Shown: positions 50,327-63,200 of the stretch, piece by piece | Position numbering within the stretch: the first letter of the stretch is position 1 | How the letters are laid out: every line of letters starts with the position of its first letter | From: Chrysomallon squamiferum | Taxonomy: Eukaryota > Animalia > Mollusca | Length of the DNA stretch: 64,000 bases | Assembly (NCBI GenBank): GCA_012295275.1 | Contig: CM022678.1 | Coordinates: 16,802,001 to 16,866,000 of the forward strand | Reading direction: 5' to 3' | Made by a program: the position numbers and the translations under genes | The notes under the pieces: model-generated | Databases searched by the model: none | The model's input: the letters and a program-made list of their open reading frames with translations, nothing else | Told to the model about the DNA's origin: nothing

Positions 50327-53224
50327 AAACAGAAAAAAATAAATAAAAGTAAAACAATATTCATCGAAATATGAAAATCAGAGAGGGAGAAAAAAAATTG
50401 ACTCTGTGTCCGGTAATTGCAAATCCTTACATCAAATGTGGTGGAAATTCAAATCGCAGTCGTTACACTACACGCGACACGCCTCACTGACTGACTGACG
50501 GACTGAAGGACGACAACGACGTAGGCAAACGACGGCATCAGTTCTATAATATCTCAAGTAATCTGACAGGATTTTCCTGAGGTAAAAATGAGCACAAAAC
50601 ACAGTCTAATCCTCTGAAGGCCTCATGCAGTTTTTAATGTCTTAAGTTGTAGCAGATTTGTGAACACGTTCTTATGTCATACGATAAACTGTTAAATTTT
50701 TAACTTTCACGAACTATTAATTAATCTCTTAATCTCGAGAATTTGATGTGCGTTCAATCTTTTTACTGTTTGAGAATACATGAGAAATGGTTGCCCTGCA
50801 ACAACAACAACAACAAACCGTATGTATGCTTTGGTATAATTCTTTACAATGTCATTGTGTTCATCTGTATAATTGTGTGGGTGTATATGCTTGTATGTTT
50901 AATTTGGCATTATGAATAGTACTTGATATAATGTTTCTTCAACTTGTTCAGTTTCAGTTAAGAGTTTCACATGTAAAGACAACTCACAGCTATGTTCCCC
51001 TCACTACTGCGGGCCGGAAAGCGAAATGGACTGTATGAAGACTTGTGGAGTTTGTACAGGTAATGTTATGAGTGTTTCAGCATAGCAGAGTCAAGAGCAG
51101 CAGGATAGATATAAAGGACAGCGCATATCTTAAAGTAAGGATAGATGCACAGGATAATTCATATGTTAAGTAAAGATATAGATATACACTGGATAATTGT
51201 GGTATTATGTAAGCACAAATACACAGAATATTTGGTATGTTAAATGAGGATAGCTAACTAGGATAGTAGAATCATACAATGTCAGATGGGATAGATACCA
51301 GATAGGAACGAATATATTAAGAGGGATTTGTGCAGAATAGAATCATACTAAATATCTTATTCAGAATTCAATGACAGCAGACATATTTTAGGTAGAATTG
51401 ATACCCATGATAGATACGCGTGATAGATAATAATATACAAAGGAAAGCTATGTATTAGGCAGGATAGCTTGTATAAGTAGGATGTGTGTTCAAGTTACGG
51501 CTATGTTAAGATACGATTGATGGATACACCTAATACTTGGTATACGAGTATACTAGATATATTTGAAAGGACAGATAGATACGATGTAACGTCCTGCAGT
51601 TTAATTTTGTGAGTTTACACATACACGTACAAACATCCACACACCAAATACAACACAGTCACAAAAACATGAACATTTTTAATTTGTGTTAATAAATATA
51701 ACGATTTTTCTTTTTGTACACATTCATTTTGAGACACACAATTTCTGTTTTGATTTCAGTAATTCAACATAGTTAATTTCATTTACTCGAGCACCCAATC
51801 CTTGTATCTAGTCTCTCAATTTATCTTTTAATTAAAGCAAATGTGGTAGCAGTGCACACACAGCCTCCTCTAATTCCCTTTAAATTAATACGAGTAATTC
51901 TATTTTTAGATGAGGGGTGTTCAGAAGGTTATTACCATGGTGATGGCGACACGTGTATTTCCTGTTCTGTCAAAGACACACAATATTCACCAAGTTACAA
52001 AGAAAAATGTAACACTTTTTGTCTGGGTAAGAAAACGCATGGTTATTACTGTGAAAAGATGTGTAGTGACAGTTGCTTGAATAGAACATGTTACAGATGG
52101 ACGGGTTATTGTGAACGTTGTCCTTCTGGATTCCACGGACCACGATGTCAGGAGCGTTCTCATTGTAATAACACTGACGACAAAGGTTTCTGCATCGGTC
52201 CCTGCTCTACTGGGTTTTTTGGACCAAAGTGCGACAAAGAGTGTCCACAGCAATGTAAAGACAAAGTCTGCAGGAAAACGTCGGGAAACTGCATCGGTGA
52301 GTGTCTTCCTGGTTCTTACGGTCCACAGTGCGAAGAAAAGTGTCCAAACGGATGTAAAGACAAAGTCTGCAACAAAAACACAGGAGAGTGTTCACAATGC
52401 TCTCAGGGATTTTGGGGTAAAACTTGTCAAATTCATTGTTCAGATAACTGTCTAAACAATTCCTGTAATAAAAACGGACAGTGCTCTCAAGGCTGCAAAG
52501 TTGGGTTTTTCGGAATGAACTGTTCAGAGAAATGCAGCGCGAACTGTCTACATCAGGTATGTAATAGGGAAAACGGATCGTGTACGGATGGTTGCGTTTC
52601 TGGTAAATATTATGGAGACCGTTGCGACAAGGTCTGTCCTGATCGTTGTCCGAATTCTACGTGTGATCGTAAAACCGGGAAATGTAAGAACGGATGCAAT
52701 GGCACTGATATTTATGGGGTATTCTGCAACTATTCTTGTGGTTCGAGTTGTCGAAATGTTCGATGTGAAAATATTTCCGATTACGTTGAATGCAGGGCGG
52801 TTTGTGTCAGCGGAAGAAAGGGTGAACATTGCAGTGAATTCTGTCCTAGCAATTGTAAAGGATCATGTCATCAGATTTCAGGACGATGTCTTCATGGCTG
52901 TGTTTCTGGTGATCATGGTATCTACTGCAACAATTCATGCCCCGTTACCTGTCTGGGAAGTGCATGCTATCAAAACAATAGAACGTGTGTACACGGATGT
53001 GTAACGTTGTTCTATGGACCGACGTGCTCAAATCGATGCAGTGACAACTGCGCTGTGTGTGATACTAATGGGATCTGCATTTTGTCTTCAAATCATAGTC
53101 ACGACGAATGTAAGTATTCAGCAGACACACACTCACACAAAGAGACAGACATTCATACACGTTATATATACAAAAATAAAGAAATAAATAAGTGGATAAA
53201 TAATAATAATAATAATAATAATAA

Positions 53225-53257
<33 letters not shown>

Positions 53258-54818
53258 CAAGCAAGAAAAAAAAACGTAAAAATGTTTAAAAGTAAAAGAT
53301 GAAATTTCTGCTGATAACAGGTTTCTTGTTATATTGTTCTCTTAAGTGATTAGTTACTTAATGCGTTTCCATAATCTGATTGGTTGGTTATTGCATTTCC
53401 ATACTCTGATTGGTTTAGTATTGTCAGTCAAAAAGTCCAATTTTTGATTGCTTAACAGTTGTAATAGCTATTTTCTATTTGTTTAACTATTGTGATAGCT
53501 ATTTTCTATTTGTTTAACTATTGTGATAGCTATTTTCTATTTGTTTAACTATTGTAATAGCTATTTTCTATTTGTTTAACTATTGTGATAGCTGTTTTCT
53601 ATTTGTTTAACTACTGTGATAGCTATTTTCTATTTGTTTAACTATTGTGATAGCTATTTTCTGTTTGTTTAACTATTGTGATAGCTATTTTCTATTTGTT
53701 TAACTATTGTGATAGCTATTTTCTGTTTGTTTAACTATTGTGATAGCTATTTTCTATTTGTTTAACTATTGTAATAGCTATTTTCTATTTGTTTAACTAT
53801 TGTGATAGCTATTTTCTATTTGTTTAACGATTGTGATATCTATTTTCTATTTGTTTAACGATTGTGATATCTATTTTCTATTTGTTTAACGATTGTGATA
53901 TCTATTTTCTATTTGTTTAACGATTGTAATAGCTATTTTCTATTTGTTTAACTATTGTGATAGCTATTTTCTATCTGGTTAACAATTTTCTGACTGGTAA
54001 AGTATATACGTGTCAGTTTAGTACTTGATATTTTAACTAAAACCTTTTTTTTATTTCAGTGAATTTCCTTATGTACGCAGTGCTGAGTATTTTGACTTTG
54101 TTGTCTATTTCTTTAGCTGCGTTCTTTTTCTTGAGGTATTATTTTATTTATTTAGTTATTTAGTTATTTATTAGTAGTAGTAGTACTAGTTGTTGTTGTT
54201 GTTGTATGTGTAATTTTCAGCACACTAATAATAAGAAATATTACATCAAAGTGAAATATAGTTTTCATTGTATACTGTCGCTTTCTGTCTTACTAAGTAA
54301 ATTGAATACTTTTTAGAGTGGCTAATGATAATAATAATAATAATTACAAAACAATGAAGATGATGTTAACGATGATGTTGATTATGATGATAATAAAAAC
54401 AATAATTATAATAATGACGAGAACGATGACGAAAATACTAATAGAAATGTCATTAATGCAGTAATGGAAAAAAGAACAATATCATTAATAACTACTGAGA
54501 TTATAAATTACTATATTAATTTCTGTATATAGAAAAATGAAGAAAAGATCTAGAAACAAACAACATAGTGAACGAGGACGTATGCAAAGCTCAATTCGAG
54601 AACGTGTTAACCAGATACCTCTCGCGGAAATGGAACCAGGTTTTGTAATTTAAATAATTACGATATAATGATGGTGTTAGCTGCAATATCGATAACAACT
54701 ATAAGAAAAAAGGGTCGGCGAAGGTAGAAAAAATTACATACCAAGAGGTAACAACAGCAACTACAACCAACACCACCACTGCCATCAGCCAACAATAATC
54801 AGCAGCAACAGGAGCAGC

Positions 54819-54860
<42 letters not shown>

Positions 54861-55306
54861 TAGTAGTAGTTGTTGTAGTAGTAGTAGTTGTAGTAGTAGT
54901 AGGAGTAGTAGCAGCAGCAGCAGTAATAGTAATGTATTATAGTGATGATGCTGATTGTGATGATGAAATTAAGAATTTAAGATGATGAGAACATTTTTGT
55001 AATATTTTGATAATGTTGTTACATATAGGTTAGTAGTTACAAAGCACTTAATAGTAACAGTTAATGTTAAACTATGACGAGGTGTCCTGAAAGAAATATT
55101 AATTGATTGACTGAATGTCTCTGTTATTTTCAGCAACCAGGCAGTTAGTAGATACTACGGATAGACTCCGTTGCCATAGCAACACATCTCCTACCTCAGC
55201 TGAGGATGATGACACAGTGATCGACTTGTTTCAGGCACAGATTATGAACTATGATGAAAATGATGATGACAATCACAGTCATGTTTATCAACAGATGACT
55301 GCATGA
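46864..55306 (+). CDS. Copy D: ShKT-EGF-TM receptor lacking the PTP domain (6 exons, 1707 nt, 568 aa)
   Basis: join(46864-46906,50952-51059,51910-53109,54060-54135,54533-54639,55134-55306); GT-AG, phases compatible, open frame ending ...NHSHVYQQMTA*; no PTP exons downstream. Confidence 0.75.
48230..48630 (+). pseudogene. Degenerate duplicate promoter/exon-1 module in copy D intron 1
   Basis: Paralogous to ~24030-24410; ISRE decayed (ggaaactgaagct); ATG 48586 exon is frameshifted and lacks a donor. Confidence 0.6.
50185..50588 (+). mobile_element. Helentron-associated non-autonomous (HINE-like) element
   Basis: Starts taacaag, has an (ACTG/ACGG)n tract and a terminal imperfect hairpin tatctcaagtaatc...gattttcctgaggta followed by AAAA; absent at the equivalent positions of copies C (~26560) and F (~61455). 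Confidence 0.5.
50952..51059 (+). CDS. Copy D ShKT-like exon
   Basis: VSVKSFTCKDNSQLCSPHYCGPESEMDCMKTCGVCT. Confidence 0.85.
51910..53109 (+). CDS. Copy D multiple EGF-like exon
   Basis: Within open ORF 51843-53279; 1200 nt, phase 1-1. Confidence 0.9.
53459..53985. repeat. 31-bp minisatellite, ~17 units, in copy D intron 3
   Basis: ttgtgatagctattttctatttgtttaacta repeated with period 31. Confidence 0.95.
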
Positions 55307-55803
55307 TATTAAGTCTTAAAAATAGCACACGAATGTCGTCAAACGTCCCTCAGAACGAGGCTGAAAAATGCGAAATCTGATTGTTTTTTTCTTTGTTTCA
55401 TTACCAGGTTGTGGTGTTTCATTATTTTTGTTAGTTTCATCAGAATGTTGATTTTTTAATTGTTTTTTAGTTTCTTTGTTGTCTTTTGTTTCATCACAGT
55501 GTACAGTGGTTTCTTTATTTTGTGTTAGTTTCCTGACATTACAGGATTTGTTCAGTTAAACAGATCAGAATCTATATTTACAGTCATGCCGCTTTGAAAT
55601 TGAGACGCTGTGTATAATGAATACTATTTGTAACACCCGGTGTTTTTAGTGTATTAACCTAGGTGTTTGACTGCTTCTGTATTTTTGTATGCAGCTGTGA
55701 TAGAGCATTGCGCTATTTATATTTATATATCAATTTTATTTAGTTTCTACTTTGTGAAATATTTATCTGCTAATAGAAGTAAATTTTTTTCTGTTATAAA
55801 CTG

Positions 55804-55857
<54 letters not shown>

Positions 55858-56022
55858 TTTTGAATTGTGGGGCTTCGATACTAACAGTAAAAATATGGCC
55901 AGTAATAATAGCTGTTATTATTTTTAAAAATTAAAATCAAATAAATCTTCTTAACATTTTCTTCCTTTTCCATACACGGGAAGGAATCTGTCATATAGAT
56001 ATGTTTGCAAAAGTATATTTAC

Positions 56023-56153
<131 letters not shown>

Positions 56154-56757
56154 TTGTGTATATATATATGTATCTGTGTGATTGGGTATGTCCGTGTTTA
56201 CATCTGTACATTTATGTGTGTGTTTATGTATGTTTGTAGGTCTTCATGTGTCTGTGTGTCTTTATGTGTTTGTATATTTTCATCTGTGTGTGTGTGCGTG
56301 TGTGTGTGTGTGTTTGGTTCTGTGCGTACGAGTACATGCAGACTTGTTAACATTGCATCAGCAGGGAAGAGTCCAGTGAAATTGCTTACTTACTGAGCAG
56401 AATATAATGTATATAGTAGAAACACATTATACCAGATGTTCTACTGATCAAAACATTTTAATATACAGAGACAGGTAGACATGTTTTGTTTTAATTTAAT
56501 TTCACCTATTTTATTTAATTGCTATTTATTTCGTTTCCGTTTATTTTATTTTATTTTAATTCAATTTTTAATTTGATTTCATTACAGGTCATTTAATTAT
56601 TTTGTTTTTAATTATATTTTATTTTGTTTTATTCCGATTGCTAAGTATAGTTTTAAAAATCATTTGTTTAAAGATAAAGAAAAATATCCTACATTTATAA
56701 AAAAAGGAATAAATTAAAAGAATAATAATAAAAATAAAAGTAATAATAATAATAATA

Positions 56758-56804
<47 letters not shown>

Positions 56805-56961
56805 GAAATTATAATAAAAATAAATAATTAAAATTATGTTCCTCATAATGATGATAAATAAACAACAAAGAAATAAATAACCCATAATATTGAGTACTTT
56901 TTTTAATTATTAAAATCAGTTAGATATAAGATTGTCTTAGGTGACAATATACTTGTCTTAG

Positions 56962-57580
56962 ATGAGGGATGTTCTGAGGGTTATTACTGTGGTGATGGCC
57001 ACACGTGTTATTCCTGTTCTGCCAAAGACACAAAAACTTCACAAAATTACAAACAAAAATGTAATATAGTTTGTCTTAATAACAAAACGCATGGCAAACA
57101 CTGTGAAAAGAACTGCAGTGACAGTTGCTTGAACAGAAGATGTCTGCGCTGGACGGGAGATTGTGAACGTTGTCTTTCTGGATTCTACGGACCACGTTGC
57201 CAGCAGCGTTCTCATTGTAATAACATCGACGAAAAAGGCTTCTGTATCGGTCCCTGTTCTGCTGGGTTTTTTGGTTCAAAGTGCGAAGAAGAGTGTCCAG
57301 ACGGATGTAAAGACAAAATCTGGAACAAAAAGTGTGTTTACAATGCGTCGAAGGATTTTGGGATAAATTTTGTGAACTTCGTTGTTCAAACAACTGTCTA
57401 AAAAATTCCTGTAAAAGAAACGGACAATGCTCTCTCGGTTGTAAAGTTGGATTTTCCGGAATGAACTGCTCAAAGAAATGCGGCGCGAACTGCGCGAACT
57501 GATCAGTTTTATTCATCAGCTTCTGTTAGAATGGTTGTTATTATTCAACATCATTTCAGAGAGAGTGATATAGCAGAACA
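56962..57580 (+). pseudogene. Copy E: relic fusing the 5' EGF exon to the last PTP exon
   Basis: EGF coding 56962-57500 (frameshift ~57330) joined at ~57507 to ttttattcatcagcttctgttagaatggttg..., the homologue of exon 13. Confidence 0.85.
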
Positions 57581-57651
57581 GTTAAAACATTTTTGTGACA
57601 CTTGTATTAAATCTAAATAAAATGAGTTTAGTGATGAGTGAAATATAAAAA

Positions 57652-57757
<106 letters not shown>

Positions 57758-58231
57758 TGATTTTTAAATATGTTAAACTGCTAATACAAGACAATGAAAT
57801 TTTGTAAAGAACAGAACAAAATGAATGTTTATATTCAGGCTGTAAACTGAGGAAGTAAAATATTTAAATTTTCTGTTTACACTGAATAATATTTTTGCAT
57901 GTGTATATCTGTGGTAATGTGTTTTGCTGCTTTTATTTACATATCTATTTTATAGAGGATCTGCTTTCAAAAATATTTTTCAGTTATGAAAAATATTAGA
58001 ATGTTAATTTATAATCTTGTGTTGCGATGAAACATTCAGATAACGTTTTTTCTCTGTTTTAAAATAACAGTAAAGTTTGTGTAGTGTGGCAAGAATAATA
58101 AAAGCAATAATAATATCATTACAACAGTTGTTATATTAAAAATTTAAAATCAAATAAATCTTCTTATCATTTTCTTCCTTTCTCATAAACTGGAAGAAGT
58201 GTGTCATAGAGATGTAACCAAAAAAAAGTTT

Positions 58232-58387
<156 letters not shown>

Positions 58388-59448
58388 ATATGTATATGTA
58401 TATGTGTATATATATATATATAAATATATATATGCGTCTTTACATTTGTGTCTTTTGTTTATGTGTTTATGAATGGGTCTGGGTGTTCATGTCTGTATGT
58501 GTGTATTTGTGGGGTACGCGTTTGTATATTTGCGTTTGTTTCAGTCAGTTTCTCACACAAGGTGGAGTTGATTCTTGTGAAATTACTTCCTTACTGTGTT
58601 TCTCTCGGTGAGTGTGTGTGTGTGTATAATTTTTGAAATTGCATCAGTAGAGAAGATTCCAGTGAACTTAGTTCCTTACTGAGAAAATAAGACAAAAAAT
58701 TAATATAGAAGAAACACAAAATTAAATTTAATTGAATGGTTTCCCAAGGACAACAGCAGACAGAGAAATCTGGAATTTTAGTCCAAAAATATTTATTATT
58801 AAAATTAATTAGATTTAAAAAGAATATACTTGTCTTAGATGACAACGGGCTTATACGAGTCGCAAAAGTTTAATTTGGTCTCTCCACCAAACACTGCCGG
58901 ATACACAGCGATAGGTAGGGGAACCTTTTCAACTCGGTTAGTTGGCAGCCTTATTTACTGTTATGTACATCGACAGCTTGTTTATGTTGAACGTTTAAGC
59001 TATTAGAGGTACAAATACCTTTTTTTCATGTATCACCTTTGTATATAAACTTAAAATAGTCAAAGATATAATAAATTAAAAACAGATAAATAAATAAATA
59101 ACAACAACAACAACAACAACAATAATAATAATAATTTAAAAAATAATTAAAAAAAGGAAAACATTAAATAATTTGTTCCTTGTTACGAGTGTTCCTCCCT
59201 TACTGTGTGCATGTAAGTCTATTTGTGATTCATACGTACATATACAAATACATGGATACATACATGGATACATACGTATATACATATATACAAACATATA
59301 TATATGTGTATATATATATATACATATACAATCATACATTCATATAAATATGCATTAGATTCATACATACATACAAACATACTATATATAAATACATAGA
59401 TACATACGTATATACATACATACATACATATATATGTATATATATATA

Positions 59449-59603
59449 TATATATACATATACAATCATACATTCATATAAATATACATTAGATTCATAC
59501 ATATATATATACATACATATATATATATTATGTTTGTATGTATGTATATATGTATGAATCTAATGTATATTTATATGAATGTATGATTGTATATGTATAT
59601 ATA
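59449..59603. repeat. Foldback inverted repeat, ~59-bp arms
   Basis: tatatatacatatacaatcatacattcatataaatatacattagattcatacatatata and its reverse complement lie ~35 bp apart. Confidence 0.8.
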
Positions 59604-59616
59604 TATACATATATAC

Positions 59617-59651
<35 letters not shown>

Positions 59652-59843
59652 TGTATGTATGTATATACGTATGTATCTATGTGTTTTTATATGTACGTAT
59701 GAATCACAAAATGTACATTCATATGTAGATACAAAAGAAATACTGCCAGCGTAGTATGATCTCTATTCTAAATGCAGACATGCGTCAGTGTAAAATATGA
59801 GAAAATGTTTATTTTTAAATCTGACAATCTCCACCACCTACAA

Positions 59844-60225
59844 GGAAACCGAAACTGCAAGTAGGACCAAACCGATCATAAACGACAGAACATTCAGGTA
59901 TAACTGGAGAAATATAAGTATTTTTTGTTTCTTTCTTCTTCGTCTGAAGTATTTAGGATATAATTCTAAATCACAAACAATTTATAATATAGAAAAATAT
60001 AATACTGTCCATATAGACTCGATTCCGAAAAATACGTACTTCAGATTAATAAAAAACAGTTATCGGCCTTATCGGGATCTTTGGTATGAAAATAAATATA
60101 GCCGTAGAATTTATTTCCAGTGATTTGTGTTTCTAAATTAAATAATTTAAATATATATACTTTTTTACTTTTTGTTTTTCCTGTTATTTTTATATAATTT
60201 ATTACATTTATTGTTTTTTGGAGGT

Positions 60226-60271
<46 letters not shown>

Positions 60272-63200
60272 TAATGATAATGATAACAATGATATATATA
60301 TTGTTCATATAAGATAGGCCAAGTGCCTGTTTTGAAATATTTTTACTCATTTATCAACGCTGGATTTATTTTCTGCTTGATCTGCGATCTGAATAAAAAC
60401 TGCACTAATGTAAAATGTTAAGTCGCGTCTTTGTGTTTACTGCGTGAATGTTATCTCATATTGCGAACCAGAGAGATTGATTTCAGTCAGAACTGTCTGG
60501 GAAGCCAGCACCTCGTTATGGGTCACCTGTTATGTTTCAACCTTTTAATTTGATCGGGTTATTCTACAAGCATTCGTCCTACAAACAGGTTCAACCAAAC
60601 TATTTTCATAAACATATTTTTAGAAAGAGCAATATTTTCAATATAGTCAAACACAGTGAAAATGAAGCTTAAAGCAACTACGCGGTCAAACACTTGTAGG
60701 AGCTTTTAAACAATCATCCGCCTCCAGACATTATCCCAGGTTATGTAGATCTATACGTTTAAATATAATTTAAAGCTAACAATCGCAAAATTTAGTTGCT
60801 TTAAGCAAAATTTATTTTTGTTAATTGCAATGACGGTCGTGTTCAACTTAATGACTATAATTTGCATGGTAACTGAACAAGTCTGTTATGGAGATCAAAT
60901 ATAATTTTAGAAGAAAACTAAATATATATATACATTTACACCGCATAAAATTCTGCACACTAGCCTCAACATAACATGTACACTTTGTTGTTTCTACAAT
61001 AATCCTTCTTAAATCTGCTTGAACTTCAAATAAAAGCTCAAATACAATGTTACACAGTAGTAAAAATAAATGTAACAGATTTATAATTCTCCCCCACCAA
61101 GTTAATCTTGATTAATGACGAAGTATCACTAGAAATAAGCAGTTCAACAACACTGAGTACAGTATAAAAAAATATCTGGGAGCTGTTTTTATTTCTGTAG
61201 CCGTGAGATCATCAGGTGTATCGTTTTGCTCTAAAGCAGAGGTCGTTAACCTTGTCGCTAGGGACATCGGTAGCCTATTTCTGAATGTTGTGGGCCCTTT
61301 GCCTTTTTGGGTAGATCACAATGTCGAACTTACACTTGGTGATGCCCTCACCTATATATAGCCCCCCCCCCACATTTTTTTCTATCTTTTTCTTAATTTT
61401 GTTTTTGTTTAATGTGTATGCCTTTCAATTTACAGATCTCAGAATTCTTTAACAAGTTTTGTAGATTGTATCTTTAGTATGACCCTGTATTTGTTTGGAG
61501 TCTAATTTTATTGAGTCCACACGCAATTTGTGAGGCGCTAAGCTGAACCATATTCGGTAACACGTTCTTACGTCATATGAGGAACTATTAAATTTTTAAT
61601 AATTAAATTCTGATGAATTATTATATTAAGTTTTAGTTAAATTTTAGTAAATATTATTTAAGTTTGATCCATTAGTTCTGAAATTATTCTGTGTCTGATG
61701 GGCGATCCAACTTCTCAGTGTTTTAAATTGGTGATACCTGAAAAACAGTTACCCTGCAACAAAACCAAGAATAGCAAAAAATAAAAAATAAAAATAAAAA
61801 CAGCAAAAACAACAAACTAATAAATAAATACATAAATAAATAAAGTCACTGAGAAGTATATGTATGTGTGCGTGAGTGTGTATGTATATATGTATGTATG
61901 TATCTATGTATGTTCATATTTCAACGTGTATGTGTATGTTTGTATGTATGTTTGTATGTATACATTTACATCGTGAACAATATTTGATATAATGTTTTCT
62001 TCAACTTTTTCAGTTTCAGTTGAATGTTTCACATGTAAAGACAACGCAGACCTATGTACCTTTGAAATCTGCAAGGAACACGAAATGGACTGTATGAAGA
62101 CTTGTCACGTTTGTACAGGTAAATTTATCACGGTTGCAGGATAGCAGAATCGAGAGGAGAAGTATAGACCAGAAGGATAGTTCATATGTTAAGTAAGGAT
62201 ACATACACAAAACAGTTGATATCCTAGTAAAATTTAAATATACACAGGATAGTTGTATTAAGTAACAACAGACACGCAGAATATTTATATAAGCACAGAT
62301 AAACAGAATATTTGGTATGGTAAATAAGAATAGTTAACTAGGATAGATGAAACATACACATATCAGCTAGAACAGTTACCGCATACGAACGGATATATTA
62401 AGAAGGATTTCTGCAGAATACAGTCAAACTAGATATGTTATTCAGAATTCCATGACAGTAGACATAATTTAGGTAGGATTGATACCCATGATAGATAATA
62501 GCACAAAGGAAAGCTACGTATTAGGCAGGATAGCTTGTATAAGTACGATATGTGTACAGGTTACAGCTATGCTAAGATACGATTGATGGATTCACGTAAT
62601 AGTTGGTATCCCAGTATACTAGATATACTTGAAAAAATAGATATATACGATGTAACGGCTGGCAGTTTAATTTTGTAACTGCACACAACCACATACGAAC
62701 ATGCAGACACCAAATACAAAACAGTCACAAAAACATGAACATTTTTAATGTGTGTTAATAAATATAACGATTTTTCTTTTTGTACACATGCATACTGAGA
62801 TACATTATTTCTCTTTTAATTTCAGTAAGTCAACACAGTTAATATGATTTGCTCGTGCACCCAATCCTTCTGTCTGCTCTCTCAATTTATCTTTTAATTA
62901 CTGCAAATGTGGTAGCAGTGCACACACACCCTCCTCTAAATCTCGGTAAATTAATACGAGTAATTCTATTTTTATACGAGGGGTGTTCTGAGGGTTATTA
63001 CCATGGTGATGGCGACAGCTGTCTTTCCTTTTCTGTCAAAGACACAAAACATTCACCAAGTTACAAAGAAAAATGTAATATATTTTGTTCCAGTAAGAAA
63101 ACACATGGTAAAGATTGTAATAAGACCTGTAGGGACAGATGCTTGGATAGAATATGTTACAAATAGACGAGTGATTGTGAACGTTGTCCTTCTCGATTCT

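Noticed and set aside
63164-63166. TAG at a Trp (TGG) position in copy F, and TAGs in A and B, rescuable by A-to-I editing
   Set aside because: Each copy has additional lesions that editing cannot repair (lost exons, dead splice sites, frameshifts).
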